A stretch of DNA of 64,000 nt from Candidatus Bipolaricaulota bacterium (GCA_040752575.1 JBFMGK010000003.1:1-64000); one strand, 5' to 3'; positions 19,497 to 31,470 are shown, numbered from the stretch's first letter. Notes: generated by a model not told the origin, from the letters alone. Numbers and translations: made by a program.

Positions 19497-20989
19497 CCTC
19501 GAAGCACCTCGTAGCGCGTCGCTCGCGCGCTTCCCACTCTCCGCAGCAACCCGAGCTCAGACAGGTGGCCAAGCTGGAAGCGTGCAGTCCGAAGCGGAAT
19601 TCCCATAGCGTCCTGGTATTCAGCCGTAGTCACGACCTCGCGCGTCGCCAGCCAGTCCCAGCCCGTTCGTTCTGCTTCGCTGAGCTGCGCAAGCATGTCA
19701 CCACGAGACTTCGGCAGGGCCGCCTTCGCTTCTCGGTACAGTGTCAGAACCACATAGGGCGCCTTGTAGGAGTAGGCCGGCAGAGGCATACCCGCCGCCT
19801 GCGCGCGATTCCTCATCGACTTCAACCCCAACCCTCTCTCCTCGGCAAGATCCAGCCTCGCGAACACAAAATGCAGAACAGGGTTACGACTCAGCATAGG
19901 CGCCTCGAATGCTTGCACCTGCTCGAGAGTCACTGGCTCCACAGGAAGCCCGGGGCTCCACACCTCAACTCTCTCCGGGGTCGCCACCAATTGACACTTC
20001 CCGCCGGCGATCTCGTAGTCACGGTGTACGAGCGCATTGACGATACCCTCGCGAATCAACTCGAACAGAGCCGCGTTCGACTCCCTGCGGCGAGCTTCGG
20101 ACCGGTCGATCGGGTTGGGCAGCTTGTCGCGGAGCCATTGCAGCGCCTGTTCGGGCGCAAGGATCTGCGGACCGTCGAAGTCACGCGTCTCTTCCCTTCC
20201 GTCAGGATAGTGGATCGTTCCAAGCAAGCCGGCTTGCGGCATGACCGTCCGCGGCTCCTTCCCGAACAGGAGGAATCCGTACCCGGTCGGCGTCCAGCGA
20301 CCGTCCTTCTCCGTCAGGAGGCCCTGCTGAGCCAATCGCCGATAGAAGGCCGCCGAGCCGACCTTGTCGCGCATGCCGGCCGTCGCCCAGTACATCTCCA
20401 GCGCCTCGTCTGACAAGTCGTCGGTCGCCGTGTTCGCGAACGCTTCTTCTAGACTGGAAAGGAGCGCGGCTTTCGGCTTCGCCTTCCGCGCGGCCGCCGC
20501 CCGCTCCAGCGCTTGCGCGATGAACTCGCGGTTCTCCTCCTGGATGACCTCTTGGAGATCGCGATCGAACATCCGGACCGTGACGCCGGTATCCTGGAGG
20601 TACTTGATCCCCTTGCGGTCGACCTTTGGATCGGGGTCCTCAATCCCGACCCAGACATCTTTGATCCTGGCATTCACAATCCGCTCGGCGCATCCAAGCT
20701 TCGGCTCGTGGCGAGAGCCAGGAGCGCATGGCTCAAGCGTCACGAACAGAGCAGCGCCATCGAGCCGGGCATCGCGGTTCTTCCGTTCGAGCAGCGTGTA
20801 CTCGGCATGATCGCCATCGCGCAACTCCCCGCGGCATGCCGTCTCGACCGTCCCGTCCGGCTTCCACAGCACGGCTCCGACGCGAGGACTCGCCTTGGCA
20901 TCCGCGCGCGGCTCGGCAATCGACTGTCGCATGACGTCGACAGCCAACTCCATCAGCTTGCGAGGATCTAGCTCAGCGGGCGGTGTCAT
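19493..20989 (-). CDS. Fusion of a RibD-like Zn deaminase, an HATPase_c_4-like domain and a winged HTH
   Basis: SPRVGAVL, HAEYTLLE, TLEPC-x11-C, EDPDPKVDRKGI; then REGIVNALVHRDY, VWSPG, SRNP, EERGLG; C-terminal wHTH-like LRRVGSARATRY. Own GAGGAG RBS. Confidence 0.85.
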   Translation of the reverse strand: MTPPAELDPRKLMELAVDVMRQSIAEPRADAKASPRVGAVLWKPDGTVETACRGELRDGDHAEYTLLERKNRDARLDGAALFVTLEPCAPGSRHEPKLGCAERIVNARIKDVWVGIEDPDPKVDRKGIKYLQDTGVTVRMFDRDLQEVIQEENREFIAQALERAAAARKAKPKAALLSSLEEAFANTATDDLSDEALEMYWATAGMRDKVGSAAFYRRLAQQGLLTEKDGRWTPTGYGFLLFGKEPRTVMPQAGLLGTIHYPDGREETRDFDGPQILAPEQALQWLRDKLPNPIDRSEARRRESNAALFELIREGIVNALVHRDYEIAGGKCQLVATPERVEVWSPGLPVEPVTLEQVQAFEAPMLSRNPVLHFVFARLDLAEERGLGLKSMRNRAQAAGMPLPAYSYKAPYVVLTLYREAKAALPKSRGDMLAQLSEAERTGWDWLATREVVTTAEYQDAMGIPLRTARFQLGHLSELGLLRRVGSARATRYEVLRG

Positions 20990-21127
20990 GTTTACGTTCT
21001 CCTCGCGGCCGCGGCACGCGCGACGCGCATCGCCCTCTTCCTCTTCTTCATCTTCATCCTCGCTATCTTCGTGTTCGGCGTGATCGTCGAGATCGTCATC
21101 GTCGTCAACGTCGTGATCTCTAGGTGT

Positions 21128-21610
21128 CTAGTCATTCCAGTGTGCCGCGATGTATCCGGCGATCCCATGGGCCGGATGGAACGCAGGGTAGGTTCTCTGG
21201 AAGGCATCCAGCGCATCGGCAAGCGAGGTCTTGGGCAAGGCCGAGGTATGCCGAAGCAGGTACAGAAATGCAATCCCCGGCCCGCGGGATTCGCCCTGGT
21301 TGCAGTGGACGAGGACCTTCTTCCCGCTCGCCAGCTTCTCATGGATGAACGCGATCGCCGCCTCGACTAGCTCCTCGTGGATGTAGGCTGGATCGTCGAC
21401 ATCGACAAGGTTGAGGTACAGGCGGTCGCCGCGCACTGCATGGAGGTACTCCGGATGCCCCTTCGGAGCTCCCTTCGTTGTGTAGCCGAGGAGCTGACGA
21501 TGGTAGGGCTCTTTGCACGTGTGGACGACGGCCCAACCTTCTCTGCCATCAACCTGATACTCGAAGTCACCCTGGTGGCCGACGAAGAGGTTGGCAAAGA
21601 CCTCAATCAT
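21128..21610 (-). CDS. Dual-specificity/PTP-superfamily phosphatase
   Basis: KVLVHCNQGESRG (HCX5R P-loop), NLFVG, LNLVD. Start trimmed to MIEVFANLF. Confidence 0.9.
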   Translation of the reverse strand: MIEVFANLFVGHQGDFEYQVDGREGWAVVHTCKEPYHRQLLGYTTKGAPKGHPEYLHAVRGDRLYLNLVDVDDPAYIHEELVEAAIAFIHEKLASGKKVLVHCNQGESRGPGIAFLYLLRHTSALPKTSLADALDAFQRTYPAFHPAHGIAGYIAAHWND

Positions 21611-21712
21611 GTGTCCCCTGCGCGACGTGCTCGGGATCATGCGGAACCCCATAGCGGAGGCGTACCAGCCGTTCGAGAACGATGCCTTCGTCTGGAGCCA
21701 CGGGGATTGTGC

Positions 21713-23428
21713 TCATGACGTCTCATCTACTATCGCTTCCGCACCTACTGGCATGCACGACTGGACCAGAGCGCGCAACGCCCGCAACCTGTCCTCCTTG
21801 ATGAGGCCAGTCTCGTAGTGGTATAGGACATGTTGGGGCTTCCTGTGTGGCGATCCCGCACGAGGGATCGCCAGGAAGGTTTCAAGCTCTCCCGGCACGC
21901 ACACGATCGCGGACGTGAGCACCGCATCTTTCGAATCCCGAATCAGCTGATTGAGGTCGGCGTGCTCGTCCCTACCATTGTCGTCGTCGTGAAGAACAGA
22001 GTGCGGTATCCCGAGGCAAGCCATGAGGTTCATGAAGCGGTGGATGTTGTACTTGCCGAGACCGTCCAGCACGTAGAGACCCTCCGGCAACCTCGGCACC
22101 TTCCCCGCGTCAACCAGCCTTCCTATCAAAGCCTGCTCGGTCGGCCCCTCTACGATCAGCACATGACCTGCGAAGAACATCCCGCAGCGATCCGGATTCA
22201 GCCACAGGAAGTACTTGAGTGCCTCCATCTCCGGCATCCAGTCCTCTTTCGCCAGCGCGTCCTTGAGCTTGGGCCACTTCACGGCGATCCGGTTCAGAGC
22301 CTGGTTCGCGTCAGCTAGCTTCTCCCAGGCGTCGCGGCTTATCTGCCGAATCATCACATGGCCGGACTCGCGCCGAAGACACGAGATGGTAGGAATCAGC
22401 GCTGCCTGACGACTCACGAAGTGCGACGAGTGAGTTGAGCAGAGAACCTGCTGGTAGCCGCCCGCTGACAGCTGCCGCAGGCTGTCAGCCAACAAGAACT
22501 GCTGGGGCGGGTGCAGGAACGCCTCCGGTTCCTCAAAGAGAAGGAGCGTCATAGACGGTGCGAAGTCCTTTGCCTTCTTGGACGGCTTCTTCGGCACGTA
22601 CTTCGCGCCCAGACGGATCAGAGTGTAGATCAGATGTCGCTGGAAGCCCGATCCGAACTGCTCAGCACCCAGCGGCGTCCCATGCGTCTTATCCAAGCAT
22701 CGATAGTCAAGAAGAGACTTGATCATCTCGGCCACTGAGGGCGACCTGAGATCTACCTTGAATGACGCACCCCAGTCCTGGAGGGCCTCCGTTAGCTCCG
22801 CCTCAAGTCTCTCGAGGGATGCGCCGTCCCGGGAGGTCTCAACCTTGATCTTCTCTGCGAATGTCTCGAAGTCGGCACAGAGCTTCTCATATGCGGGGCT
22901 GGACTGGACCGCTCCTTCGAGCACGTTGGTCAGAAGGTCGCGAAGAGCCGATGGCCCGCTTAGTTTCGTGTGCTCGTCGACCTTGCTCACGGCAGGGATG
23001 AAGACGATGTCCCCTATCTTGCCGCTCTGGACGTTCTTCGCACCGTAGAAGGACTCGGATGACAGGGTCCCGTCCGCCGCGTAGCCAAAGATGTAGCCTT
23101 CCTTGTCCTTCTCTGGCGACCTTAGGTACTTCCTCAGTCTGAGCGTCTTCTCCGCTGTGCGATATGTGTCGGCTAGGGATGCGTCTTCTGCATCCGTCAG
23201 CGCGAAGGTCAGCTCCACCCAAGCTTCCTCATCCGCTGGAGCAATGAACGGGAAGTCACGTTCCTGCTTGTACTTGAACCCGTCCTTCTCATAGACTGCC
23301 CGTACCGCATCAATGACCGTGCTCTTCCCAGAGTCATTGGCCCCTACAAGCAGGTTGTAGTCGTACAACACGACGAATGCGTCGTGGACGCCGCGGAAGT
23401 TGTGAATCGCCAGTGATGAGAGCTTCAC
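21713..23428 (-). CDS. OLD-family ATP-dependent nuclease (ABC ATPase + TOPRIM)
   Basis: IHNFRG, GANDSGKS, FGSGFQR, FEEPEAFLHP, STHS; TOPRIM IVEGPTE and HDDD. Confidence 0.92.
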   Translation of the reverse strand: MKLSSLAIHNFRGVHDAFVVLYDYNLLVGANDSGKSTVIDAVRAVYEKDGFKYKQERDFPFIAPADEEAWVELTFALTDAEDASLADTYRTAEKTLRLRKYLRSPEKDKEGYIFGYAADGTLSSESFYGAKNVQSGKIGDIVFIPAVSKVDEHTKLSGPSALRDLLTNVLEGAVQSSPAYEKLCADFETFAEKIKVETSRDGASLERLEAELTEALQDWGASFKVDLRSPSVAEMIKSLLDYRCLDKTHGTPLGAEQFGSGFQRHLIYTLIRLGAKYVPKKPSKKAKDFAPSMTLLLFEEPEAFLHPPQQFLLADSLRQLSAGGYQQVLCSTHSSHFVSRQAALIPTISCLRRESGHVMIRQISRDAWEKLADANQALNRIAVKWPKLKDALAKEDWMPEMEALKYFLWLNPDRCGMFFAGHVLIVEGPTEQALIGRLVDAGKVPRLPEGLYVLDGLGKYNIHRFMNLMACLGIPHSVLHDDDNGRDEHADLNQLIRDSKDAVLTSAIVCVPGELETFLAIPRAGSPHRKPQHVLYHYETGLIKEDRLRALRALVQSCMPVGAEAIVDETS

Positions 23429-24732
23429 GCTGCACTTCTCCTGTGCGATGAGCCGAATGCTCCGACCCGTATCTTGCCTGCTATGAGGTCTGGCAAGAGA
23501 GCGTCACGCGTTGCCGAAAGACTCCTGCTCTCGGATTCTCCACTGACGGCGCGCTCAAACCACGGTCTGACAAGCCCTCCGAAAGCCTCGGCACACTCCT
23601 GAGAGGGCATGGCCAGCATGAAGCGCGCCAGCGCCTGCGCGGGCACGCGCTGGCGACCGCTTGTACCAGTCATACTCTGAATTGCAGACTCCCGGAAGCC
23701 CTCCGAGCGAGCGAGGCAGTAGCCGAACTCAGGCGGCAGTGGCGGTCTCGGACGAAGCACGATGAACTCCGTGGACCCCCAGCCGACCTCACCGTTCCGC
23801 AGGAAGCTGACCAGAGCGGTCTTCCCGTTCTCGAGGCACGGCGTGATGCGCGCGACGAGGGTGTCGCCATTGGTAAACCGCACACCAGATCCGAAGGCAC
23901 GGTCAGCCACCTGATCGGGAACGTGTCCTCGGGTCGGCATATTGGCCATGTCAAGGTAGGGGGCTACATCGCCCTTCCGCAGCGCCCGGGGCGGGTTGAC
24001 CTCGATGACCTGACGAAGTCGCGCCACTTCCCACCCACTCGGTATTTCCCCCAACTCTGACTCCTCGAAGGAGTCGGGGAACAGGTCGGCGATGTGCGGA
24101 GGCAGGCCAGTGTCGCGGCCTTCCGCCTTGGCGCGGACGGGATCGAAGTCGACGAACCATGACTTGAACAGCGCCCGCGCCATCGCCTCAAGCGTCTCGT
24201 TCATCCGGCGGTTCAGCTCGATCTTGTCATCGAGCGTGCCGAGGATGTGGGCGATGGCGCGCTGCTCGTCGATATCCTCAGGGACCACGATCGGGAAGTC
24301 GGGCATCTCGATGAGGGGAATCCGGTCAACGGTGCTTCCGTGGATAGTCCGCGCCCGGAGGGTCTCCTGGAACTGCGGTCCGAGGTATGCATAGAGGAGA
24401 AACCGGTTGTCGATCCTGCCGGGCCGCGCTCGGAGGAGCCCCATCCGTCGCCCAAGGCAACAACGCAAGCCGTCAGGGACTAGCGCTGCCTCGCCTAGGC
24501 GCGTTTCGTAGGAGAAGACGACGTCGGCGGGCATGGGCTCCACCCGGCGCGTCCAGCGTCGATAATCCTCCTCAGAGAGATGTTCCGTCCGCGCTAGATC
24601 TACTCGACCGTTCGCCAGACACGAGATACCTAGAAACACAGGGCCGCTATCGGTCTTGGCCGGCGTCGCATGCGGCCCATCGAAGATCTCGGCGAGCTCC
24701 CCAATGGGCACCTCGCGCCACCTACTCGCCAT
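23425..24732 (-). CDS. hsdS: Type I restriction-modification specificity subunit S
   Basis: Two variable TRDs separated by [42 protein letters not shown]-terminal [13 protein letters not shown]. Confidence 0.95.
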   Translation of the reverse strand: MASRWREVPIGELAEIFDGPHATPAKTDSGPVFLGISCLANGRVDLARTEHLSEEDYRRWTRRVEPMPADVVFSYETRLGEAALVPDGLRCCLGRRMGLLRARPGRIDNRFLLYAYLGPQFQETLRARTIHGSTVDRIPLIEMPDFPIVVPEDIDEQRAIAHILGTLDDKIELNRRMNETLEAMARALFKSWFVDFDPVRAKAEGRDTGLPPHIADLFPDSFEESELGEIPSGWEVARLRQVIEVNPPRALRKGDVAPYLDMANMPTRGHVPDQVADRAFGSGVRFTNGDTLVARITPCLENGKTALVSFLRNGEVGWGSTEFIVLRPRPPLPPEFGYCLARSEGFRESAIQSMTGTSGRQRVPAQALARFMLAMPSQECAEAFGGLVRPWFERAVSGESESRSLSATRDALLPDLIAGKIRVGAFGSSHRRSAA

Positions 24733-24970
24733 GCCCCAGCTCCTTCATGTTCTTGGCGATCGCTTCGTCGAGCTTCTTTGCCTCTGCCTGTTGCTCCCGC
24801 AGCGACGCGATGAGCCGCTGCATCTCGTCGCCCTCGGCTTCCTCGGCACCGACGCAGCGTCCGATGGCGAGCAGGTGTTTCAGACTACGAAGCGGGGCGT
24901 GCCAAGCTAGTGGCGTCCGGAGTGTGGCGCGTGCATTCGTCGTCCATATCCGTGCGTCCGCCGTAATCAT
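24722..24970 (-). pseudogene. Chimeric short ORF ending in a degenerate second copy of the hsdM C-terminus
   Basis: [43 protein letters not shown] versus Hsd[50 protein letters not shown]; overlaps the hsdS start. Confidence 0.85.
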
Positions 24971-26750
24971 GTCCCTTTGCCTCGCGTTTTTCCCCCGCCG
25001 CCGTTTGGAGGATTTGGAGAAGTTATGGAGTCGGCGGTAACGGATCTGGAGCCCTCCATATCTCTTGGCGGCCTAACATAATGCGAGCCCTTCTTGACAC
25101 CTCTCATCTCAAGTTCGCTGCGCCTTACAAGCCTCGCCAGAAGATCGCGAGCCTGGTGCGAGGCGATCCGGCACAGGTCTGCCGCTTCGCGTCGCGCAAT
25201 ACGTCCATGCTTCTCGACGTATTGCAGCACCATCTGCTCCTGCTGGAGCGGCTCGAAGCCGCGCTGTCTCACGTAGCCGGCCTTGTCGCCCAGTGCCCGA
25301 TACGTTGCGGCCGACAGATGCCACGTGCGACCCTTCTTCTGGCCGCGCTCTTCGATGAGCCCCGCCTCCACGAGGTGATGGAGGATCGCCCGGGTGTCGG
25401 CTTCCGGCTTCTGAGTCAGCCTCGCGATTCTCGCTGTGTCGAGGCTCCGTTCCTGCCACAGGGCGTTGAGGGTGAGCAACTCGTCCAGGCTCATCACGCG
25501 CCCGCCTTGCGCCTCAGTGACTAGCAGACGCACGAACTCGAGATTGGCTTTTCCGCCGGGGATAACGACAACGACACCCGCAGGGTCACTGCGCGCATAA
25601 GATGGCGCTGGCCGACCGTTTCGCAGCTGCTCGTAGAAGATCGTGTCGATCCCGCGTGCCGTGCGCTCCACGATGCCCGCGCGTTTGAACGCATCAGCCA
25701 GAAGTGGATTGCGCGGCCGAGGAGCGGTTACGAGGAGGTTCCCCAGGTGCACCCCTTCGGGGAATCCTCCGGGGCTGCTGATCTCGATCCGGTCCGAATG
25801 CCACTGGAAATGCACGGCTCCGAGGCGCTGGTAGTCCCGATGGATGAGGGCGTTCGCGAGAGCCTCGCGCAGGGCCCGCTCCGGGTAATCCGGAATGCCG
25901 ACGCGAAGCAGTCCGACCATGAGTTCCTGCTCACGGTTCCGCGCGCGAATCCGCCCTTCGATCTCCTCCATCACACGCAACAGAGGCCAGCGAAAGAAGT
26001 CGTTGGTCTCGACGTCGAGCCCACGGAGGGCCTGAAAGGCAACCTCGTGGTTGGGTACGAAGCGTCGGAGCGACTCCTCCCTGGCGAACAGGAGCAGCGC
26101 GGCAAGTCGAACGCTCCGGGCGACGCCATTCGCCTCAACGACGCCGAGAGCCTTGGCAAGTTCGAGGTCTGGCAGGTCCAGTAGCGACTCGTCGCTCCGT
26201 CCGCGGCGTTCTCGGATGCTGCGACGGAATCGCTCGAACTCAAGTGGGTCGAGATCCTCCCACCGTGCTGGAGCAACGCTCTGCGCCGAGGGGTCCGTGA
26301 CACCCCGATCTGCCTGGAGAGATCCCATTGAGGTTGCGTCCATAGGGAGGCACGCCGGGCGACCGTCGCCACCAAGCGTTCGCCGCAAGAAGACGCCATC
26401 ACTCGTCCCGACGGGAACACGCTGCACGGGGATCTCAATGCAAAGGATGTCCTCGCCCTGCACTGGCACGACGTTGACCTGCACGGACAGGGCGGGGCGC
26501 GTCCGACCCGCAACCAGCGCCGCAATGCGGTCGGGCAAGGTCGTCGCACCATGGCGCGGCCGCGCGCCTGTGATCCGCCCATCGTCCTCGACGCCGACAA
26601 GCAGGTTCGCGGGCGCAGCTCCCACGCGGTTTGCCAGGCAGACAACCGCTTCGACAAGGTCGTGATCGTTCAGAGGGCACCGCTCTTCCCCCTTGAACTC
26701 CACCTCCAGCGACTCTCCAGCATGAATCAACCGCAGGAGTTCCGTCGGCG

Positions 26751-26754
<4 letters not shown>
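24967..26754 (-). CDS. AlbA_2 (Schlafen-like) + HATPase_c_4 + winged HTH protein
   Basis: [25 protein letters not shown] (AlbA_2); [41 protein letters not shown]; two C-terminal HTH-like segments. Confidence 0.9.
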
Positions 26755-28802
<2,048 letters not shown>

Positions 28803-29034
28803 GGCTAGCCCGCGGCCCGTCTCGCCGCCGCACACCTCCAGGACCGTCTCCGCGATTCTAGCGTAGGGGTAGGTGGAATCCAACACGGGGGAATGGGCGA
28901 GCAGGAATGCAGTCCTGTGGTGGTACGCTCCGCCGGACCAACCACGAGACTTGTCGAATGGCAAGCACCGCCATAGAGTCGCAACGTGACGCGGAACTGC
29001 ACCCACGCCCAGCTGCACACGATAGGAGGCTCTC

Positions 29035-30087
29035 ATGCGTACCGGGGTATTGATGTGCTTCGTCTCGCTCGTCTTCTTGGCCCATGGTTCCGTCGCGCAG
29101 ACGTCTGAAGACGGCCTTCTGCCAAGCGTTCAGCTCAGCCCGCAGAGCATCTACGGGTTTGGTCAGATCACCGACGTCGCCTGCAGCGGGCTCGGTGACG
29201 ACTTCTACATTGCTCTTACCAGCACTACACCCGACGAGGTCGCGCTCCTACAACACACGTCGAGCGGAATCGCCGTCAAGTTCCGCGCGGTCCTTGAGAG
29301 CTACGCAACGCATGTCGACGTGAGCGCGGCGGGCTCAGTGATTGCTCTCGTCGGAAGTACCCCGCGGGTGTGGTCTGCCTCAGGGCAAGAGCGGGCGTTG
29401 GCCTTGCCCAAAGAGGTTGCGAACGCAATCTACACTGGATTCACAGCAGGAGATGTCCCCTACGCAGTGGGGGTGCAGGCGACGCGATTCGTGTACTGGG
29501 ACGAAGCCAGCGCGGGCGTCCGGATCTCGCAGGACACTGGCGTAGACTTCGAAACAGGCACTGCGCCAACAGCTACAGACTTCGAAGAGGTCTCGCTGAC
29601 GTTTCTTGCAGTGCATGACCGGTGCCAGCTCTTCACCTGGATCCTCGGAGCCGGTACGGCTCCCCTCATCAAGACCGACCTGTACCTTGAGGCAGGGGGC
29701 TACCGCAGCAGTTTCGGTCGGATACTGGACGTGGGCCCTGCTGTTCAGTACATCGTTCTCGGCAACAGGACTACCGTTGGCGGGCTGTCGCGCCTGTACT
29801 CCTTCGCCCCGGCCGCAGCTTCCTACACTGCAATCAACACCTACGGTCTCGCGGATGTCAGTGAGGTTCGTATCAGCCCAGATGGCGCAACCCTATGGCT
29901 GTCTGGGCGAAACGGTGCCGACTTCGCCGTGGTCGCGCTCGATGCGATGACACTCCGCGCGTTACGCGGCTACGAAGAGCCGCGATCCGTCAGTGGGCTC
30001 ATCGGGGCATTCAGCACGGACGGTGCACATGCAGTCCTCGTCTCCGGGGGTAGCGTCGCTGTCTGGAGGATTGCCCCAGCGCCGTAG
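29035..30087 (+). CDS. Exported beta-rich protein, possibly a beta-propeller
   Basis: Signal peptide; [18 protein letters not shown] and VAVW blade-like motifs; more A/T at third codon positions than core genes by eye. Confidence 0.65.
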   Translation: MRTGVLMCFVSLVFLAHGSVAQTSEDGLLPSVQLSPQSIYGFGQITDVACSGLGDDFYIALTSTTPDEVALLQHTSSGIAVKFRAVLESYATHVDVSAAGSVIALVGSTPRVWSASGQERALALPKEVANAIYTGFTAGDVPYAVGVQATRFVYWDEASAGVRISQDTGVDFETGTAPTATDFEEVSLTFLAVHDRCQLFTWILGAGTAPLIKTDLYLEAGGYRSSFGRILDVGPAVQYIVLGNRTTVGGLSRLYSFAPAAASYTAINTYGLADVSEVRISPDGATLWLSGRNGADFAVVALDAMTLRALRGYEEPRSVSGLIGAFSTDGAHAVLVSGGSVAVWRIAPAP

Positions 30088-30192
30088 CACGACCGGTCGC
30101 GTGCGGCGTGAGGTGTAGGGACACCGCGACCACCTGCAGAGGGATGCTGCTGTACTTGACAAGGTGGGCTCACGCGGATGGTCAAGAGAAAC

Positions 30193-30216
30193 GCGGGCCG
30201 CCTGTTGGCGGCCCGC
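30193..30216 (-). terminator. Intrinsic terminator-like hairpin
   Basis: GCGGGCCGCC-TGTT-GGCGGCCCGC perfect 10-bp stem followed by GTTTCTCTT on the minus strand, between convergent genes. Confidence 0.8.
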
Positions 30217-30255
30217 TGGAGGTTGGTGGAACGGAGGGGCTTGTGTGTCCTCTCC

Positions 30256-30789
30256 CTAGGGTTGGAAGCCTCGGCTCATTCCGCGTCCGCAGGTCGACGA
30301 CTCGCAGTCGCTGCACCCCATGGCGCCGCGCATCGAGCCGCCGCGGCTCATGGAGCCCCGCATCTCGCTGCCGCGCATCTCACCCATGCCGTTCATCATC
30401 CCCGCGGCGCGGGAGCCGCGGTTCATCTGATCGGCCTGGCTCTGCGTGATCCGGCCGCTCGCGACGGCTTCGTCGATCAGTTCGGCCATCGCCCGAGCGG
30501 TGGCGAGCCGCTCCTTCATCGCCGTCGCCTGCTCTTCGGTGATGCGGCCGGCCGCGAGGGCCTCGTCGATCGACTGCTCGTGGGCCGTCTGCATCGCGGC
30601 GACAAGCTGCGGCTCTTCAATGCCGAGGTTGGCTGCGACCTTCGCGAGGAACGACGACGTTTCGACGGTCACCGCGGCCGCTGTGTCCTCCGTCTGCGCG
30701 AAGACGACCGCGCTTGCAACACCAAGTGCCGCCAAGGCGGCGACGACGCCAACGATCTTCAAGGACCTCTTGGTTCTCAGGTTGCTCAT
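30256..30789 (-). CDS. Exported helical protein with Met/Gly-rich tail (YckD/DUF2680-like repeats)
   Basis: Signal peptide; repeat IDEALAAGRITEEQA / IDEAVASGRITQSQA; tail MMNGMGEMRGSEMRGSM...CSDCESSTC. Confidence 0.75.
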   Translation of the reverse strand: MSNLRTKRSLKIVGVVAALAALGVASAVVFAQTEDTAAAVTVETSSFLAKVAANLGIEEPQLVAAMQTAHEQSIDEALAAGRITEEQATAMKERLATARAMAELIDEAVASGRITQSQADQMNRGSRAAGMMNGMGEMRGSEMRGSMSRGGSMRGAMGCSDCESSTCGRGMSRGFQP

Positions 30790-30865
30790 GTCTTGGACCT
30801 CCTGTCCTTCTTCGGGTCTGACGGAAGGAGTGTGGCGGCATGGTGCGAAGGGCTTACGGCGAAGG

Positions 30866-30885
30866 TGTGGCAGTCCTGTGCGGAA
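30866..30885 (-). promoter_or_regulatory. Candidate response-regulator box, copy 2
   Basis: TGTGGCAGTCCTGTGCGGAA, 77 nt from the start at 30789. Confidence 0.55.
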
Positions 30886-31033
30886 CGACCGCCGCGGGGG
30901 AGAGGCGAGAAGGCCTATCGGTGTCGTTCTTTCACGACTTCTCCATCGGAGTCTAACGCGGATCTCACGCGTCGAGGAAACAATCTACCATCTCAGCTGT
31001 AGGGTGATGTGGTAAGCGTGAAAGGAGGGGCAC

Positions 31034-31207
31034 GTGCCGAAGAAGGAACTGGTCGACAAACTGAGCATCTATGTACCCAAGGCGAAGGCGACCCTTCAAC
31101 CCGTCGAGCGTCTCATGAAGATCGGTGAGAAGAAGGATCGTTCGGTGAACTACCTCGTCGTCGAAGCGATTCTCGAGTATCTCGACCGACAGGAGACCAA
31201 GCAGTAA
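31034..31207 (+). CDS. Small ribbon-helix-helix (CopG/Arc-like) protein, 57 aa
   Basis: Not in the track. AAAGGAGG RBS, GTG start, MPKKELVDKLSIYVPKAKATLQPVERLMKIGEKKDRSVNYLVVEAILEYLDRQETKQ. Confidence 0.85.
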   Translation: MPKKELVDKLSIYVPKAKATLQPVERLMKIGEKKDRSVNYLVVEAILEYLDRQETKQ

Positions 31208-31225
31208 TCCTGTCGAGCAGCTCAG

Positions 31226-31387
31226 CTACTCGTCGATCATCTTGCGCACGGCGTCCGCCATGGCCGCCTGGGATTTCGCGTCGAGCCAGGCGAGCACCTT
31301 GCGCCAGGCAAAGGGGATCCCGGCCGCGAGCATGAGCGCGACGAGAGCCCACGCCGAGGCCGAGATGAGCTTCGCGATGCCGTCCAT
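31226..31387 (-). CDS. Small single-pass membrane protein, 53 aa
   Basis: GGAGGTG RBS; MDGIAKLISASAWALVALMLAAGIPFAWRKVLAWLDAKSQAAMADAVRKMIDE. Confidence 0.6.
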   Translation of the reverse strand: MDGIAKLISASAWALVALMLAAGIPFAWRKVLAWLDAKSQAAMADAVRKMIDE

Positions 31388-31470
31388 CCCGCACACCTCC
31401 AAGTCTCCCGCCAGTCCACCGTCTGGAGCGCGGGAGGACGCCTCGAAGGCGCCCTCCCACGGCAGACGTT

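Noticed and set aside
19493..20989. Calling this gene ribD
   Set aside because: No reductase domain, no rib genes nearby, and the C-terminus is HATPase-wHTH.
21128..21130. Pyrrolysine or genome-wide amber recoding
   Set aside because: Many conserved genes here end at TAG at their expected C-termini (atpD, atpA, atpE, frr); no pyl genes in the window.
21713..23428. Gabija or retron system
   Set aside because: No UvrD-like GajB and no reverse transcriptase in the locus.
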